The notes: a model not told the origin generated them from the letters alone. Counted from the first letter of the stretch, positions 31,674 through 43,638 are shown. The stretch: DNA of 64,000 nt from an uncultured cyanobacterium (GCA_963718615.1 OY970368.1:3776001-3840000), one strand, 5' to 3'. Numbers and translations are program-made.

Positions 31674-33794
31674 GTGGCACGTGAATTCCCGCTTGAAAGA
31701 GTCCGCAACATCGGTATTGCGGCGCATATAGATGCAGGCAAAACCACTACGACAGAGCGTATTCTGTTCTACTCCGGCGTTGTGCACAAAATTGGTGAAG
31801 TGCATGACGGTAATGCTGTGACCGATTGGATGGAGCAAGAACGCGAGCGAGGTATCACTATCACTGCAGCGGCCATCAGCACCTCCTGGAAACGCCGAGA
31901 TGCAGAGCAACCGACCGAAGCCCAAGCCGATGCTCTAGAGCATCGCATCAATATCATTGACACACCAGGACACGTTGATTTCACCATCGAAGTCGAGCGC
32001 TCCATGCGGGTACTCGATGGGGTTATCGCCGTTTTCTGTTCAGTTGGGGGTGTTCAGCCGCAGTCTGAAACCGTTTGGCGTCAGGCCAATCGCTACCATG
32101 TTCCCCGATTTGCGTTCGTCAACAAGATGGACCGTACGGGAGCAGATTTTTACAAGGTTTACAGCCAGATCAAAGATCGTCTCAAAACCAATGCAGTCCC
32201 GATTCAGCTTCCCATTGGCGCAGAGAATGACTTCAAAGGTGTCGTTGATCTCATACGACTGAAAGCCTACGTCTACACCAACGATCTGGGCACGGATATT
32301 CAGGTCAGCGATATTCCAGAAGAGATGCAAGAGCAGGTCGAAGAGTTTCGGACGCTGCTGATAGAAGCGGCTGCCGAAACAGATGACATCTTGATGGAGA
32401 AATATTTAGAAGGGGAACCCCTGAGCGAAGCAGAACTGCGCACGGCCATTCGTAAAGCCACGATCGCAGGCACCATGATGCCCATGCTCTGTGGCTCTGC
32501 CTTCAAAAATAAAGGCATTCAGCCCCTGCTGGATGCCGTGATTGACTATCTCCCTGCCCCAACAGATGTGCTCGCCATCCAAGGCACACTACCCAATGGA
32601 GAACCAGCCGTTCGCCATTCTTCCGATGAAGAACCCTTCTCAGCCTTGGCCTTTAAGGTCATGTCTGACCCCTATGGCCGGTTAACATTTATCCGGATGT
32701 ATTCGGGAGTCCTCGAAAAGGGCAGCTACGTTTACAATTCTTCAAAGGGTAAGAAAGAACGCGTGTCTCGCCTCATCATCCTCAAAGCAGATGAACGGCT
32801 TGAGGTGGATGAGTTACGGGCAGGAGATTTGGGCGCAGTTTTGGGCCTCAAAGACACCTTCACCGGAGATACGCTCTGTGACGACCAGAAACCCATTATT
32901 TTGGAGTCTCTATTTGTCCCAGAACCCGTCATCTCTGTGGCGGTCGAACCCAAAACCAAGCAGGATATGGAGAAGCTTTCAAAAGCACTTCAGTCCCTTG
33001 CTCAAGAAGACCCAACTTTCCGTGTTTCGGTTGATCCCGAAACCAATCAAACGGTGATTGCAGGAATGGGGGAATTACACCTAGATATTCTCGTGGACCG
33101 CATGAAGCGAGAATTCAAGGTGGAGGCAAATATCGGTGCGCCCCAGGTGGCTTATCGAGAAACGATTCGCAAGGCAGCCCAGGCAGAGGGCAAATTTATT
33201 CGTCAGAGCGGCGGTAAGGGTCAATATGGTCACGTTGTGATTGAGCTTGAACCCGGTGAAGCTGGTTCTGGGTTTGAATTTGTTTCTAAGATTGTGGGGG
33301 GAAGCATTCCTAAGGAATACATCGGTCCTGCGGAGCAAGGCATTAAGGAAACCTGCGAGTCAGGAGTTCTAGCCGGATATCCGCTGATCGATGTCAAGGT
33401 GACCTTAGTGGATGGTTCTTTCCATGATGTAGACTCCTCCGAAATGGCTTTCAAAATTGCGGGTTCTATGGCACTCAAAGCAGCCGTTAAAAAAGCTGAC
33501 GCCGTGCTGATGGAGCCTATGATGAAAGTCGAGGTGGAGGCCCCTGAAGATTTCTTGGGCAATGTCATGGGGGATTTGATTTCTCGCCGAGGTCAAATCG
33601 AAGGCCAAGTCACCGAGAATGCCACTGCGAAGGTCATCACCAAGGTGCCCTTGGCAGAGATGTTCGGGTATGCCACCGACATCCGGTCCATGACTCAGGG
33701 TCGTGGCATATTTTCCATGGAGTTCAACAGCTACGAGGATGTTCCGAAAAACGTTGCGGAAACCATCATCGCGAAGAACAAAGGGAACGCATAA
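31674..33794 (+). CDS. fusA: Elongation factor G
   Basis: [24 protein letters not shown]; AGGAGG then GTG at 31674. Confidence 0.99.
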   Translation: MAREFPLERVRNIGIAAHIDAGKTTTTERILFYSGVVHKIGEVHDGNAVTDWMEQERERGITITAAAISTSWKRRDAEQPTEAQADALEHRINIIDTPGHVDFTIEVERSMRVLDGVIAVFCSVGGVQPQSETVWRQANRYHVPRFAFVNKMDRTGADFYKVYSQIKDRLKTNAVPIQLPIGAENDFKGVVDLIRLKAYVYTNDLGTDIQVSDIPEEMQEQVEEFRTLLIEAAAETDDILMEKYLEGEPLSEAELRTAIRKATIAGTMMPMLCGSAFKNKGIQPLLDAVIDYLPAPTDVLAIQGTLPNGEPAVRHSSDEEPFSALAFKVMSDPYGRLTFIRMYSGVLEKGSYVYNSSKGKKERVSRLIILKADERLEVDELRAGDLGAVLGLKDTFTGDTLCDDQKPIILESLFVPEPVISVAVEPKTKQDMEKLSKALQSLAQEDPTFRVSVDPETNQTVIAGMGELHLDILVDRMKREFKVEANIGAPQVAYRETIRKAAQAEGKFIRQSGGKGQYGHVVIELEPGEAGSGFEFVSKIVGGSIPKEYIGPAEQGIKETCESGVLAGYPLIDVKVTLVDGSFHDVDSSEMAFKIAGSMALKAAVKKADAVLMEPMMKVEVEAPEDFLGNVMGDLISRRGQIEGQVTENATAKVITKVPLAEMFGYATDIRSMTQGRGIFSMEFNSYEDVPKNVAETIIAKNKGNA

Positions 33795-33822
33795 TTAGTC
33801 AAGACAGAGGAAGAAATAGCAA

Positions 33823-35052
33823 ATGGCACGCGCAAAGTTTGAAAGAAACAAGCCCCACGTCAACATCGGCACCATCGGTCACGTTGACCATGGCAAAACC
33901 ACGCTGACGGCAGCAATCACCACCGTTTTGGCGAAAGCTGGTAACTCGAAGGCTCGTGCTTATGACGAGATTGACGCAGCTCCTGAAGAGAAGGCGCGGG
34001 GGATCACGATCAACACTGCTCACGTTGAGTATGAGACCGAAGCTCGTCACTATGCTCACGTGGACTGCCCCGGTCACGCGGATTATGTGAAAAACATGAT
34101 CACGGGTGCGGCTCAGATGGATGGTGCCATTTTGGTCGTCTCCGCTGCTGATGGTCCCATGCCCCAAACCCGCGAACATATTCTGCTGGCGAAGCAGGTG
34201 GGTGTTCCTCACATCGTCGTGTTCCTCAATAAGGAAGACATGGTTGATGACGAGGAGCTTCTAGAGCTCGTTGAGCTTGAAGTTCGTGAGCTGCTGAGCT
34301 CCTACGATTTCCCTGGCGATGACATTCCCATTGTTGCCGGTTCTGCTCTCCAGGCCCTTGAGGCCATCCAAGGTGGCGCGTCAGGCGTGAAGGGCGACAA
34401 TGAATGGGTCGATAAGATCCTCAAGCTGATGGAAGAGGTTGATGCCTATATCCCGACTCCTGAGCGGGATGTGGACAAGCCATTCCTGATGGCTGTTGAG
34501 GACGTCTTCTCGATTACCGGTCGAGGTACGGTGGCTACGGGCCGAATTGAGCGGGGTACCGTTAAAGTCGGTGAGACTGTTGAAATCGTCGGTATCCGTG
34601 ACACCAGCACCACAACTGTGACCGGTGTGGAGATGTTCCAGAAAACTCTGGATTCTGGTATGGCCGGTGACAACGTCGGTCTGCTGCTTCGTGGCGTTCA
34701 GAAGGAAGATATCGAGCGCGGGATGGTGTTGGCGAAGCCCAAGTCCATTACGCCTCACACCGAGTTTGAGTCTGAGGTGTATGTTCTGAAGAAAGAAGAG
34801 GGTGGCCGTCATACACCGTTCTTCTCGGGCTATCGTCCCCAGTTCTACGTTCGGACCACCGACGTCACTGGCACAATCAGCGCATTCACCGCTGATGACG
34901 GTACCATCGCTGAAATGGTCATGCCCGGTGACCGCATCAAGATGACCGTTCAATTGATCAACCCGATCGCCATCGAACAAGGGATGCGCTTCGCAATTCG
35001 CGAAGGCGGTCGCACCATCGGTGCAGGTGTTGTGTCTAAGATTCTCAAGTAA
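33823..35052 (+). CDS. tufA: Elongation factor Tu
   Basis: [29 protein letters not shown]. Confidence 0.99.
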   Translation: MARAKFERNKPHVNIGTIGHVDHGKTTLTAAITTVLAKAGNSKARAYDEIDAAPEEKARGITINTAHVEYETEARHYAHVDCPGHADYVKNMITGAAQMDGAILVVSAADGPMPQTREHILLAKQVGVPHIVVFLNKEDMVDDEELLELVELEVRELLSSYDFPGDDIPIVAGSALQALEAIQGGASGVKGDNEWVDKILKLMEEVDAYIPTPERDVDKPFLMAVEDVFSITGRGTVATGRIERGTVKVGETVEIVGIRDTSTTTVTGVEMFQKTLDSGMAGDNVGLLLRGVQKEDIERGMVLAKPKSITPHTEFESEVYVLKKEEGGRHTPFFSGYRPQFYVRTTDVTGTISAFTADDGTIAEMVMPGDRIKMTVQLINPIAIEQGMRFAIREGGRTIGAGVVSKILK

Positions 35053-35141
35053 TTGCGCTTGTTGAATATATAACTTTGGCTTCAGCAGTTGGCCGACGCT
35101 GACTGCTGGAGCTTTTTGAAGCTCTGGTTTGGAAACTACTC

Positions 35142-35459
35142 ATGGCAACGCTGCAACAACAGAAGATTCGAATTCGATTGAAGGCATTCGATCGCCGTTT
35201 GCTGGATACGTCCTGCGAAAAGATTGTCGATACTGCAAATCGCACCAATGCGACTGCCATCGGCCCGATCCCGCTGCCGACTAAACGTCGCATTTACTGC
35301 GTTCTCCGTTCTCCCCACGTGGATAAAGATTCTCGGGAGCATTTCGAGAGCCGTACTCACCGTCGTATTGTTGATATTTATCAGCCTTCGTCTAAGACGA
35401 TCGACGCATTGATGAAGTTGGATCTACCCGCTGGGGTTGATATTGAAGTGAAGCTTTAA
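35142..35459 (+). CDS. rpsJ: 30S ribosomal protein S10
   Basis: [30 protein letters not shown]. Confidence 0.99.
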   Translation: MATLQQQKIRIRLKAFDRRLLDTSCEKIVDTANRTNATAIGPIPLPTKRRIYCVLRSPHVDKDSREHFESRTHRRIVDIYQPSSKTIDALMKLDLPAGVDIEVKL

Positions 35460-35536
35460 GAGCGATCGCCCAATATCTTTTATTTCGGGGAATGCAGTAC
35501 ATTGGAGAAAGCAATGTGCTGCATTTTTAGATTTTA

Positions 35537-36199
35537 ATGTCCTCCTCCTTTTCTTCTGTCTCAGTTCGAGAATTGCCTCTCTTTCCCTTGCCTGAACTGG
35601 TTCTCTTTCCGGGCCGTCCGCTGCCGCTGCATATTTTTGAATACCGGTACCGGATGATGATGAATACCATCCTGGAAACCGATCGGCGCTTTGGCGTCTT
35701 AATGTGGGACTCAGAAACAAATGAACCGGCGAAGGTGGGTTGCTGTGCCGAAGTGCTTCAGTATGAGCGCCTACCCGATGACCACATGAATGTCTTGACC
35801 CTGGGTCAGCAGCGGTTTCGAGTCTTAGAATATGTGCGGGAAAAACCCTATCGGGTGGGGCTAGTGGAGTGGATTGAAGACCAGACACCGCCGCAGGATT
35901 TACGTCCTTTAGCACGGGATGTGGAGCAAATCTTACGGGATGTTGTCCATCTTTACGGCAAGTTGTCGGGACAAGAAATGACCTTGCCGGATGAATTGCC
36001 GACGCTACCGCGAGAGCTATCGTTTTGGGTTGCCCACACGTTGAATGGAGCGTCCGAGGAGCAGCAGGCTTTGTTAGAGACCCAGGACACCCAGGCTCGG
36101 CTAGAACGAGAGCTGGAAATTCTCAGCATGACTCGGAGTCAACTGGCGGCTCGTACGGTTCTGAAGGACACCTTTTCAGACGCCACCCGTGACGATTAG
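35537..36199 (+). CDS. LON peptidase substrate-binding domain protein
   Basis: ELPLFPLPELVLFPG..LPLHIFEYRY; usual position after rpsJ. Confidence 0.9.
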   Translation: MSSSFSSVSVRELPLFPLPELVLFPGRPLPLHIFEYRYRMMMNTILETDRRFGVLMWDSETNEPAKVGCCAEVLQYERLPDDHMNVLTLGQQRFRVLEYVREKPYRVGLVEWIEDQTPPQDLRPLARDVEQILRDVVHLYGKLSGQEMTLPDELPTLPRELSFWVAHTLNGASEEQQALLETQDTQARLERELEILSMTRSQLAARTVLKDTFSDATRDD

Positions 36200-36243
36200 C
36201 AACCACTAGCGACGCTTAGGGAAATCAATTATTAGACAATCAA

Positions 36244-37632
36244 TCAGAAATCGGCATTGAGGGGCGATCGCGGAAAGGGAATCACGTCGCGAATATTCCC
36301 CATACCCGTCATAAATTGAACCAGTCGCTCAAAGCCTAGGCCAAAACCCGCATGGGGTACTGTGCCATAGCGACGCAGGTCGGTGTACCACCAGTAATCT
36401 TCCTTGGGTAAGCCCATTTCCTCAATCCGACGTTCCAGAATATCAAGACGTTCTTCCCGCTGGGAACCGCCAATGATTTCACCGATGCCGGGAGCGAGAA
36501 CATCCATGGCGCGAACGGTTTTGCCGTCGTCGCTGAGGCGCATGTAGAAGGCTTTGATTTGCGTGGGGTAATCGGTAACGATGAGCGGCTTTTTGAACAG
36601 TTCTTCGGCTAAGTAGCGTTCATGTTCGGATTGGAGATCGATGCCCCACTCGACGGGGTAATCGAAGGTGCGATCGCTCTTCTCCAACAGCGCCACCGCC
36701 TCGGTATAGGTAATCCGTTCAAAGTTGCTGTTAATCATCGTCTGCGCCCGCGCCAGCACCTCCTGATCAATTCGTTCGTTGAAAAATTCCATGTCTTCAG
36801 GGCAGCATTCGAGCACCCGCTGGAAGACAAATTTGAGAAATTCTTCGGCCAAATCCATATTGCCGTCGAGGTTACAAAACGCCATTTCAGGCTCCACCAT
36901 CCAAAACTCCGCCAAGTGTCGCGAGGTGTTGGAGTTTTCAGCGCGGAACGTGGGACCAAAGGTGTAGACATTGCTGAAGGCCGTCGCCATAATTTCAGCT
37001 TCGAGCTGACCGCTAACGGTCAAATAGGCAGGCTTACCGAAAAAGTCCTGGGAATAGTCAGGTTTCCCCTCCGGCGTCCTCGGCACTTGGGTCAGGTCAA
37101 ACGTCGTGACGCCAAACATCTCCCCTGCCCCTTCGCAATCGCTAGCGGTAATGATCGGGCTATGAATCCAGAGAAACCCCCGCTCCTGGAAAAATTCATG
37201 AATCGCACTGGCGCAGGCATTGCGCACCCGCATCACAGCCCCAAGCGTATTGGTGCGGGGACGAAGATGGGCGATGGTGCGCAGAAATTCAAAGGAGTGA
37301 CGTTTTTTTTGCAGCGGATAATCCGGCCCAGCGGTGCCAAAGACTTCAACCGCAGTTGCTTTGATTTCGATCGCTTGTCCCTTGCCGGGAGAGGGGGTGA
37401 GGACACCGCTAACGGCAACCGAGGCTCCGGTATTGAGGGCGGCGATCGCCTCCCCATAGTTGGGCAAATGAGCATCCATCACCACCTGAATGCCCTTAAG
37501 CGATGAGCCGTCGTTGATTTCCGCAAAGGTAAATTCTTTCTGTGCGCGCTTGGTGCGGACCCAGCCCTGAATTTTAACGGTTTCATCGGGCTGGCCGTGG
37601 CGGAGGCAATCAACAATCCGGCGGAGGGTCAT
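36244..37632 (-). CDS. asnS: Asparagine--tRNA ligase
   Basis: [32 protein letters not shown]. Confidence 0.96.
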   Translation of the reverse strand: MTLRRIVDCLRHGQPDETVKIQGWVRTKRAQKEFTFAEINDGSSLKGIQVVMDAHLPNYGEAIAALNTGASVAVSGVLTPSPGKGQAIEIKATAVEVFGTAGPDYPLQKKRHSFEFLRTIAHLRPRTNTLGAVMRVRNACASAIHEFFQERGFLWIHSPIITASDCEGAGEMFGVTTFDLTQVPRTPEGKPDYSQDFFGKPAYLTVSGQLEAEIMATAFSNVYTFGPTFRAENSNTSRHLAEFWMVEPEMAFCNLDGNMDLAEEFLKFVFQRVLECCPEDMEFFNERIDQEVLARAQTMINSNFERITYTEAVALLEKSDRTFDYPVEWGIDLQSEHERYLAEELFKKPLIVTDYPTQIKAFYMRLSDDGKTVRAMDVLAPGIGEIIGGSQREERLDILERRIEEMGLPKEDYWWYTDLRRYGTVPHAGFGLGFERLVQFMTGMGNIRDVIPFPRSPLNADF

Positions 37633-37749
37633 AGCGTCTGTCGTGGGGGTTAGCGATAAAAATCGTGGGGTTCTGTGACATTATTGCTCAGGATTTGGGC
37701 GATCGTCCGGAAAGGAGAGGCAAACCCCATTTCCTCCTGTTGAGTAGGT

Positions 37750-38016
37750 TTAGAACTCCGTCTCCTCCAAGGTCTCAATTAACAAGCCCAACTGCTCCTG
37801 CTTGCCCTGCAAAAACTGCTCGCACTGCTTGAGATAAGTCACGGCTTGGCCAAATTGTTCAAACACCTCTCCCAACTCCAATTCCCCGGTTTCCAGTCGA
37901 GCCACGATCGCTTCAACCGCTTCGACTGTGGTTTCATAATGCCAATCGGGAGGAATCAGCGCTTCAGCCGCTGGGGCAGAACCTGCAACCGCTGGTGACT
38001 TTGGTTTTCTAGGCAT
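37750..38016 (-). CDS. xseB: Exodeoxyribonuclease VII small subunit
   Basis: YE...[15 protein letters not shown]...F...CEQFL; follows xseA. Confidence 0.85.
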   Translation of the reverse strand: MPRKPKSPAVAGSAPAAEALIPPDWHYETTVEAVEAIVARLETGELELGEVFEQFGQAVTYLKQCEQFLQGKQEQLGLLIETLEETEF

Positions 38017-38031
38017 TGGATTTCACTCTCT

Positions 38032-38087
38032 TTCAAGTTTGACGGTTCAAGTTTGCCGCTTCAGGTTTGCCGCTTCAAGTTTGAGGG
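38032..38087. repeat. Tandem repeat, 14 bp x4 (TTCAAGTTTGCCGC consensus)
   Basis: ttcaagtttgacgg ttcaagtttgccgc ttcaggtttgccgc ttcaagtttgaggg. Confidence 0.85.
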
Positions 38088-38101
38088 CTCAATTCTGGAA
38101 T

Positions 38102-39343
38102 TTATTCTGGTTCCACCTCCGTCACGATCGCCCGCACCCGACCTTTTCCCAGTTGCACCGTCACCTCATCGCCGATGGAGAGCGATCGCCCCTCCCGGAC
38201 CACCTCACCATTGGCCTGACGCACCAACCCATAGCCCCGCCGCAAAACGGCCTTTGGATCCAACGCCTCCAGGGTTTGCACCAATGCTTTTTGCCGCTGC
38301 TGCGCCGCTGATAACCGCCGCTGAATCCCTTGCACCAAGCGTTGACGGAGCCAAACGGTCTGCTGCTGCTCCTGCCGCAACTGCTTGCCAATACCGTAAA
38401 CCTCAAGCCTACGCCGGAGGGACTGCACCTGCTCCTGTTGATCGAGCAACCGAGTGGCGATCGCCTGCCGGAGGCGCAGAACCAAGGCCTCTTGATCGAA
38501 CCAAAAATCTGCCAAATTGGGCACCGCCATCGCCGCCGCTGCCGTGGGCGTATGAGCCGCTACATCTGCGGTTAGATCCGCCAGGGACTGATCCCGCTCA
38601 TGGCCAATTCCCGCCACCAGTGGAATCGGACAATCGGCGATCGCCCGCACCACCCGTTCATCATTAAAACAAGCCAAATCCTCCGTTGCACCGCCCCCCC
38701 GCGCCAAAATAACGACTTCCGCCCGACCATCCTGAACCACCCGCGCGATCGCCCTGGCAATACTGACTGGAGCCTGGTCTCCCTGCACCGTCGCCGGAGA
38801 CAACAGCACCTTTAGCCCCGGATAGCGGCTCAGCAGTGTCCGCTGAATATCGCCCCAGGCCGCCGCTTGGGGAGAGGTCACAACGGCAATGGTTTGGGGA
38901 TGGGGAGGCAGGGGCTGCTTGCGATCGCGGTCAAACACCCCCTCCGCCTCCAGCCGCTGACGCAATTGCCGATACCGCAACGCCGCCAGACCTTCCCCCG
39001 CCGGTAAACATTGCCAAACCGTGAGCTGATATTGCCCCCGTCCTGGATAGACCCGCACCTGACCCAAAACTACAACCCGTTCGCCACTTTCCGGCAGGGT
39101 CGCCAGTTTTGTCAGCTGACTACTCCACACCACCGCATTGATTGCCGCCGCTTCTTCAGGGTCCTGGAGCGTAAAAAAAATGCCCTTGCTATGCTGCTTC
39201 GCACTAGAGACTTCACCGATCAACCAGATTTGGTGAAGCAAGCCATCCTCTTCCAAAAGGGTGCGGATATATTGAGTCACCCCCGCCACGGAAATGACGG
39301 TTTCTGGAAAAGCTTGGGGGGTCGTGCGGGAAGTCATGGGCAT
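38102..39343 (-). CDS. xseA: Exodeoxyribonuclease VII large subunit
   Basis: GEVSS OB fold, VVTSPQAAAWGD, ARGGG, GIGHERD, AHTPTAAA, LRRGY; start approximate. Confidence 0.93.
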   Translation of the reverse strand: MPMTSRTTPQAFPETVISVAGVTQYIRTLLEEDGLLHQIWLIGEVSSAKQHSKGIFFTLQDPEEAAAINAVVWSSQLTKLATLPESGERVVVLGQVRVYPGRGQYQLTVWQCLPAGEGLAALRYRQLRQRLEAEGVFDRDRKQPLPPHPQTIAVVTSPQAAAWGDIQRTLLSRYPGLKVLLSPATVQGDQAPVSIARAIARVVQDGRAEVVILARGGGATEDLACFNDERVVRAIADCPIPLVAGIGHERDQSLADLTADVAAHTPTAAAAMAVPNLADFWFDQEALVLRLRQAIATRLLDQQEQVQSLRRRLEVYGIGKQLRQEQQQTVWLRQRLVQGIQRRLSAAQQRQKALVQTLEALDPKAVLRRGYGLVRQANGEVVREGRSLSIGDEVTVQLGKGRVRAIVTEVEPE

Positions 39344-39616
39344 GGGGAGGGCGATCGCAAGCCTCAATCAACAGGATTGCAAAGTTATAACAGGGTTGGC
39401 ATAAGATAATACTGATGATCTATAGTGTAAGGTAGACTGCTCAAGTAAACCGCTTAAGACAGAATGCGCTAGCGTTTCCCTCAAAAATCTGTCAGTTTTA
39501 AATTCGGCTAGCAAACTCTGTCAACTTTAAACGCTAAACGCTGAAGGTGCTCCATCGCGGTCAATATCACTGTCGATGGATGCATCCTATCCCGCCCCTT
39601 CATCCCCAAGACTCGC

Positions 39617-40819
39617 ATGGCTACAAATACCATGGCTACCCATAGCAATGACAAGAAGCAAAAAGAACAAGCGCTCAATCTAGTTCTCAGCAATATCGAG
39701 CGGAACTTTGGCAAGGGCTCGATCATGCGGCTGGGCGATGTCACCCGCATGCGGGTTGAAACCGTTTCAACGGGGGCACTAACCCTAGACCTAGCCTTGG
39801 GCGGAGGGCTTCCCAAGGGCCGAATTGTTGAGATTTATGGACCCGAAAGCTCAGGTAAAACCACCCTCGCCCTGCATGCCGTCGCGGAGGTACAAAAGCG
39901 GGGCGGGATTGCCGCATTTGTGGACGCAGAGCATGCCCTTGATCCAGTCTATGCCGCAGCCCTTGGAGTTGACGTCGAAAACCTGCTCGTGTCCCAGCCG
40001 GATACCGGGGAAATGGGGTTAGAAGTAGTTGATCAACTGGTTCGGTCGGCAGCGGTCGATATTGTGGTTATCGACTCGGTGGCAGCACTCACACCTCGGG
40101 CGGAGATTGAGGGAGAAATGGGCGATGTCCAGGTGGGCAGTCAGGCCCGCTTGATGAGCCAAGCCATGCGTAAAATCACTGGTAATATTGGCAAATCCGG
40201 CTGCACGGTGATTTTTCTCAACCAGCTCCGCCAAAAAATCGGCGTTACCTATGGCAACCCAGAGACCACAACCGGCGGCAATGCCCTCAAGTTTTACGCC
40301 TCGGTTCGCCTCGATATTCGCAGAATTCAGACTTTGAAGAAAGGCACGCAAGAATTTGGCATTCGCGCCAAGGTCAAAGTCGCCAAAAACAAGGTTGCGC
40401 CGCCGTTCCGCATTGCGGAATTCGATATTCTCTTTGGTTCCGGCATCTCTAGCCTAGGTTGCCTGCTCGACCTGGCCGAAGAAACCGGCGTAGTGGTGCG
40501 CAAGGGAGCTTGGTACAGCTATGAAGGGGACAATGTCGGTCAAGGCCGGGATAACACCATTGTCTATCTGCAAGAAAATCCCGCCATCGCAGAAACCATT
40601 GAACAACTGGTGCGCGAAAAGCTAGAAATGGGGGCTACCGTTTCAGCCAATACCGTGGGACAGCCCAGTAGCACCGTGGAAGCCTCTGAAGACACCAACG
40701 ATGGGGTTGAAGAGGTTGTGTCAATGGAGAACAGCGACGCTCTCGAAGAAGACGAGACCATCGAAGAGGAGGCACCCGTCGCGCGAACCACTAAGCGCCG
40801 AGGCCGTAGCAAGTCTTAG
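39617..40819 (+). CDS. recA: Recombinase A
   Basis: [24 protein letters not shown]. Confidence 0.99.
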   Translation: MATNTMATHSNDKKQKEQALNLVLSNIERNFGKGSIMRLGDVTRMRVETVSTGALTLDLALGGGLPKGRIVEIYGPESSGKTTLALHAVAEVQKRGGIAAFVDAEHALDPVYAAALGVDVENLLVSQPDTGEMGLEVVDQLVRSAAVDIVVIDSVAALTPRAEIEGEMGDVQVGSQARLMSQAMRKITGNIGKSGCTVIFLNQLRQKIGVTYGNPETTTGGNALKFYASVRLDIRRIQTLKKGTQEFGIRAKVKVAKNKVAPPFRIAEFDILFGSGISSLGCLLDLAEETGVVVRKGAWYSYEGDNVGQGRDNTIVYLQENPAIAETIEQLVREKLEMGATVSANTVGQPSSTVEASEDTNDGVEEVVSMENSDALEEDETIEEEAPVARTTKRRGRSKS

Positions 40820-40937
40820 TCTGTCTTAATCTGCGGATACATCGAGAACGCAACCGTAAGAAAGCGACCATAGGGGTGCATATTTCGCCCCCGTCGCTCC
40901 TCCATCACTCCATACCCATTCCTTTAGCAAGAATCAG

Positions 40938-41681
40938 CTAGTGAGAATCAGCGTTGAGGCGATCGAGCACCGTAGATTGTTGGTAAGCAATCCCACGACA
41001 TTTTTCCGTTTCAGGCTCTTCAGGGTGTAGAAACGTCAGAGTATCCTCCGGGCGGCTCGCTTCCAGCTCGGGCTCATCCCCGTCAAAATTCATCGCTAAA
41101 TCCTGTAAACCCAATCTCGTCCGCACATCCTCGGGTAAAATGGGCAACCGCTGGGCTTCCGGAGAAGCATAGAACTGAATGGAAAGACTCCCCACCCGAA
41201 TGCGATCGCCCTCCACCAAACGCCGCCGATAGCGCACTGCTTCTCCATTCACAAACGAACCATTAGTGCTTTGTAGATCGATCAGATAAAATCCATCGTT
41301 CTTCACATACTGAATCACCGCGTGAAAGCGAGATAGTCGCCGATCGGCAAAGGAAAGGGTGGCATCAGGCGATCGCCCAATTAACCAACAACATTCTGGT
41401 TGATAGAGATTTTGACTGCGATCGCCCAGGAGATTGGTCAACAAATAAGGCTGTCCCTGCTGCACCATCCCCACAATATAGCGAGGCACAGATTTTCCCC
41501 CACCCTGACTGGGAGTGGTTTCCAGATTTTCAAGTTCTAAAATTTCATCCAATAAATGACGGTTATTCTCGTATAACCGACAAAACACCTGGTAAAGCAC
41601 TAAGCGTTTTTCCAAGTCCGTATCCTCAGAGGAAACATTCAGCTGCTGCGCAGCTTGGAAAAGAGCAGAATTAAAATCCAT
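40938..41681 (-). CDS. FHA domain protein
   Basis: IGR, LSRFHA, DLQSTNGSFVNG. Confidence 0.88.
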   Translation of the reverse strand: MDFNSALFQAAQQLNVSSEDTDLEKRLVLYQVFCRLYENNRHLLDEILELENLETTPSQGGGKSVPRYIVGMVQQGQPYLLTNLLGDRSQNLYQPECCWLIGRSPDATLSFADRRLSRFHAVIQYVKNDGFYLIDLQSTNGSFVNGEAVRYRRRLVEGDRIRVGSLSIQFYASPEAQRLPILPEDVRTRLGLQDLAMNFDGDEPELEASRPEDTLTFLHPEEPETEKCRGIAYQQSTVLDRLNADSH

Positions 41682-41922
41682 AGGAACTTAAACAGCCAAT
41701 TGATGGGTTGTGCGTCACAAAATCACGTTTCACGGAATCATCTGAAGACCGCTGTCACCCTAAAACACGCGGCTGTAGCAAAATAGGGATTGGTTTAGCG
41801 CTCAGGAGCGAATAAATATAGTCCGTATTTCATTATGAAGAAGCCCCTGCCTAATGTAGACAGGGATCATACGGTAAATGAATCCGTAATTGCGCGCAGT
41901 GACACAGCGCACTAGTTAACTG

Positions 41923-42810
41923 TTAACGCGGATGCTTGCGCAGAAATGCCATTAATTCCCGGTTGACAGTTTGCGGGACCTCTTGGTTAATCCAGTGGCC
42001 GCAATCTGAGATGAGTTTAATTTTGAAGGGACCCGAGACTAATCGCTCCATTCCCTGAGAGAGCTTAGCGCTGAACAACGTATCATCCTTCCCCCAAAGG
42101 ACAAGGGTTGGCAAGCTCAAGGGCGGCACAGGCGGAGTCCACAGGCGCGCTATCCGATTGGGGATCAAAAATTGGCGATAGTAATTTAAAGCTGCCGTGA
42201 GCACACCGGGTTTGGAGAGCGCCGCCTGATACAGAGCCGCATCCTCCGCAGAAAACGCGCCTTTCCGCACGGACTGCCCTTGAAACAACTCACGCACTAA
42301 CTGCCGCAAATTCGATTGCAAAATCGCTTCGGGCAAGTTCGGGATTTGGGCGGCCCAGATATACCAACTTTGTAGAAACTGATCCAGATTGCCTAGGGTT
42401 TGGCGAATAAAACGCTGGGGGTGAGGAGCCGCCATCAAGACTAGAGCTTCGATCGAGTCAGGAAATTGTTCTGCTAGCTGCCAGGCGATCGCCCCTCCCC
42501 AACCATGGCCAACCACCCGAGCCCGCTGATATCCTAAGGCCCCGATCAACCCATGAATGTCACGCCCTAAGGTCTCCAGATCATATCCATTAGAGGGCTT
42601 GTCTGAGTCGTTATAACCTCGAAGGTCAGGGGCTACCACCTTAAAGTGTCGAGCAAGCTGTGGAATTTGGTGTCGCCAGGAGTACCAAAACTCCAAAAAA
42701 CCATGGAGGAGAATTACGAGTTCCCCTTCCCCCTGAGTCACGCAGTGAAGACGAATATTGTTGGTCTCCACAAATTCATGACGCCAGGACAGGACATTTG
42801 CTGGGGTCAT
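41923..42810 (-). CDS. Alpha/beta fold hydrolase (epoxide hydrolase-like)
   Basis: LLHGF, DLRGY, GHGWGG, CGHW. Confidence 0.88.
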   Translation of the reverse strand: MTPANVLSWRHEFVETNNIRLHCVTQGEGELVILLHGFLEFWYSWRHQIPQLARHFKVVAPDLRGYNDSDKPSNGYDLETLGRDIHGLIGALGYQRARVVGHGWGGAIAWQLAEQFPDSIEALVLMAAPHPQRFIRQTLGNLDQFLQSWYIWAAQIPNLPEAILQSNLRQLVRELFQGQSVRKGAFSAEDAALYQAALSKPGVLTAALNYYRQFLIPNRIARLWTPPVPPLSLPTLVLWGKDDTLFSAKLSQGMERLVSGPFKIKLISDCGHWINQEVPQTVNRELMAFLRKHPR

Positions 42811-43020
42811 TGAGTTAAATCAATCCATTCACAAATAGAATACAGCCCATCGACAGTGGTCACAGCAATCTAACGAAACATTGAAGAAGGGAATAAATAT
42901 TAATAAATTCGACTATAAAAGTAAGGTGATCGCCGTTAAAACCAGCTTAACCGTCCCCAAGATCAATCCCCCAATAGCCCAAAATGCAGAAAGCTGTACT
43001 TCCCCCCGTCCTAGGCTCCG

Positions 43021-43359
43021 CTAGCGACAGGAAAGCAAAGTACAATCTGAAGGCTTAATTTGATACTTAACCAATGTCGCCAATTCTTGAAGCTGACTGA
43101 TGGCTTCCGAACCTTCCAATTTCATCAGTTCACGATCGTCCCGCATTTCAGTCCAGGTGATACCGTAGTCCGAAACAAGAAATCGAATGAGATGGCCTTC
43201 GCCAAGACTCACCATAAACGAAGCGCTATTCATCTCTCCCCCGCAGGTATAGCAGGAGGCGGGATAATTCTGATGTTCTAGGGCTTGGGCTAGGGCCTGA
43301 AGGCTCATCACCAAATCTCGAACAAACTCACTATGCTGATAGGCAAGACGTGCAAACAC
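43021..43359 (-). CDS. DUF1815 family protein
   Basis: DLVMSLQALA, ASCYTCG, HLIRFLVSDYGITWTE. Confidence 0.8.
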   Translation of the reverse strand: MFARLAYQHSEFVRDLVMSLQALAQALEHQNYPASCYTCGGEMNSASFMVSLGEGHLIRFLVSDYGITWTEMRDDRELMKLEGSEAISQLQELATLVKYQIKPSDCTLLSCR

Positions 43360-43603
43360 GTGACTCCTCCACTCTAAAATCTATTTTACACTTTTTTAAG
43401 GATTTCGACCGCTATTCAACTCTTCAGTCAGGATAGCCCTAAGTCCGGAGAATTGGTGTAGGGTAACAACATCTATATACAGCCTGATACCGCCTAAAGT
43501 TGATATTTATTTTCAAGAAAAATGTTGAGATGACATCGGTAGGGTTACGGAAATCTTAACTTGTGTCAGCGGCTCTTTTTTGAATAGGAATCTCTCCAAA
43601 AGT

Positions 43604-43638
43604 GAAAAGGACTGTACAGAATCTGTACAGTCCTTTTC
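43604..43638 (-). terminator. Perfect inverted repeat, psbA terminator
   Basis: GAAAAGGACTGTACAGA-A-TCTGTACAGTCCTTTTC, 17-bp arms. Confidence 0.8.

Noticed and set aside
36622-37506. 294-aa ORF antisense to asnS (similarly 34381-34980, 20832-21572, 25723-26421, 56891-57559)
   Set aside because: Fully nested opposite well-supported genes in GC-rich DNA; no motif or RBS support
38032-38087. Short arrays as mini-CRISPR (also 59099-59140 and 49408-49446)
   Set aside because: Units of 12-14 bp with no unique spacers and no cas genes
39420-39445. Possible LexA box upstream of recA (AGTGTAAGGTAGACT)
   Set aside because: Does not match the RGTAC-N3-DGTWCB consensus; only a weak AGT...ACT symmetry
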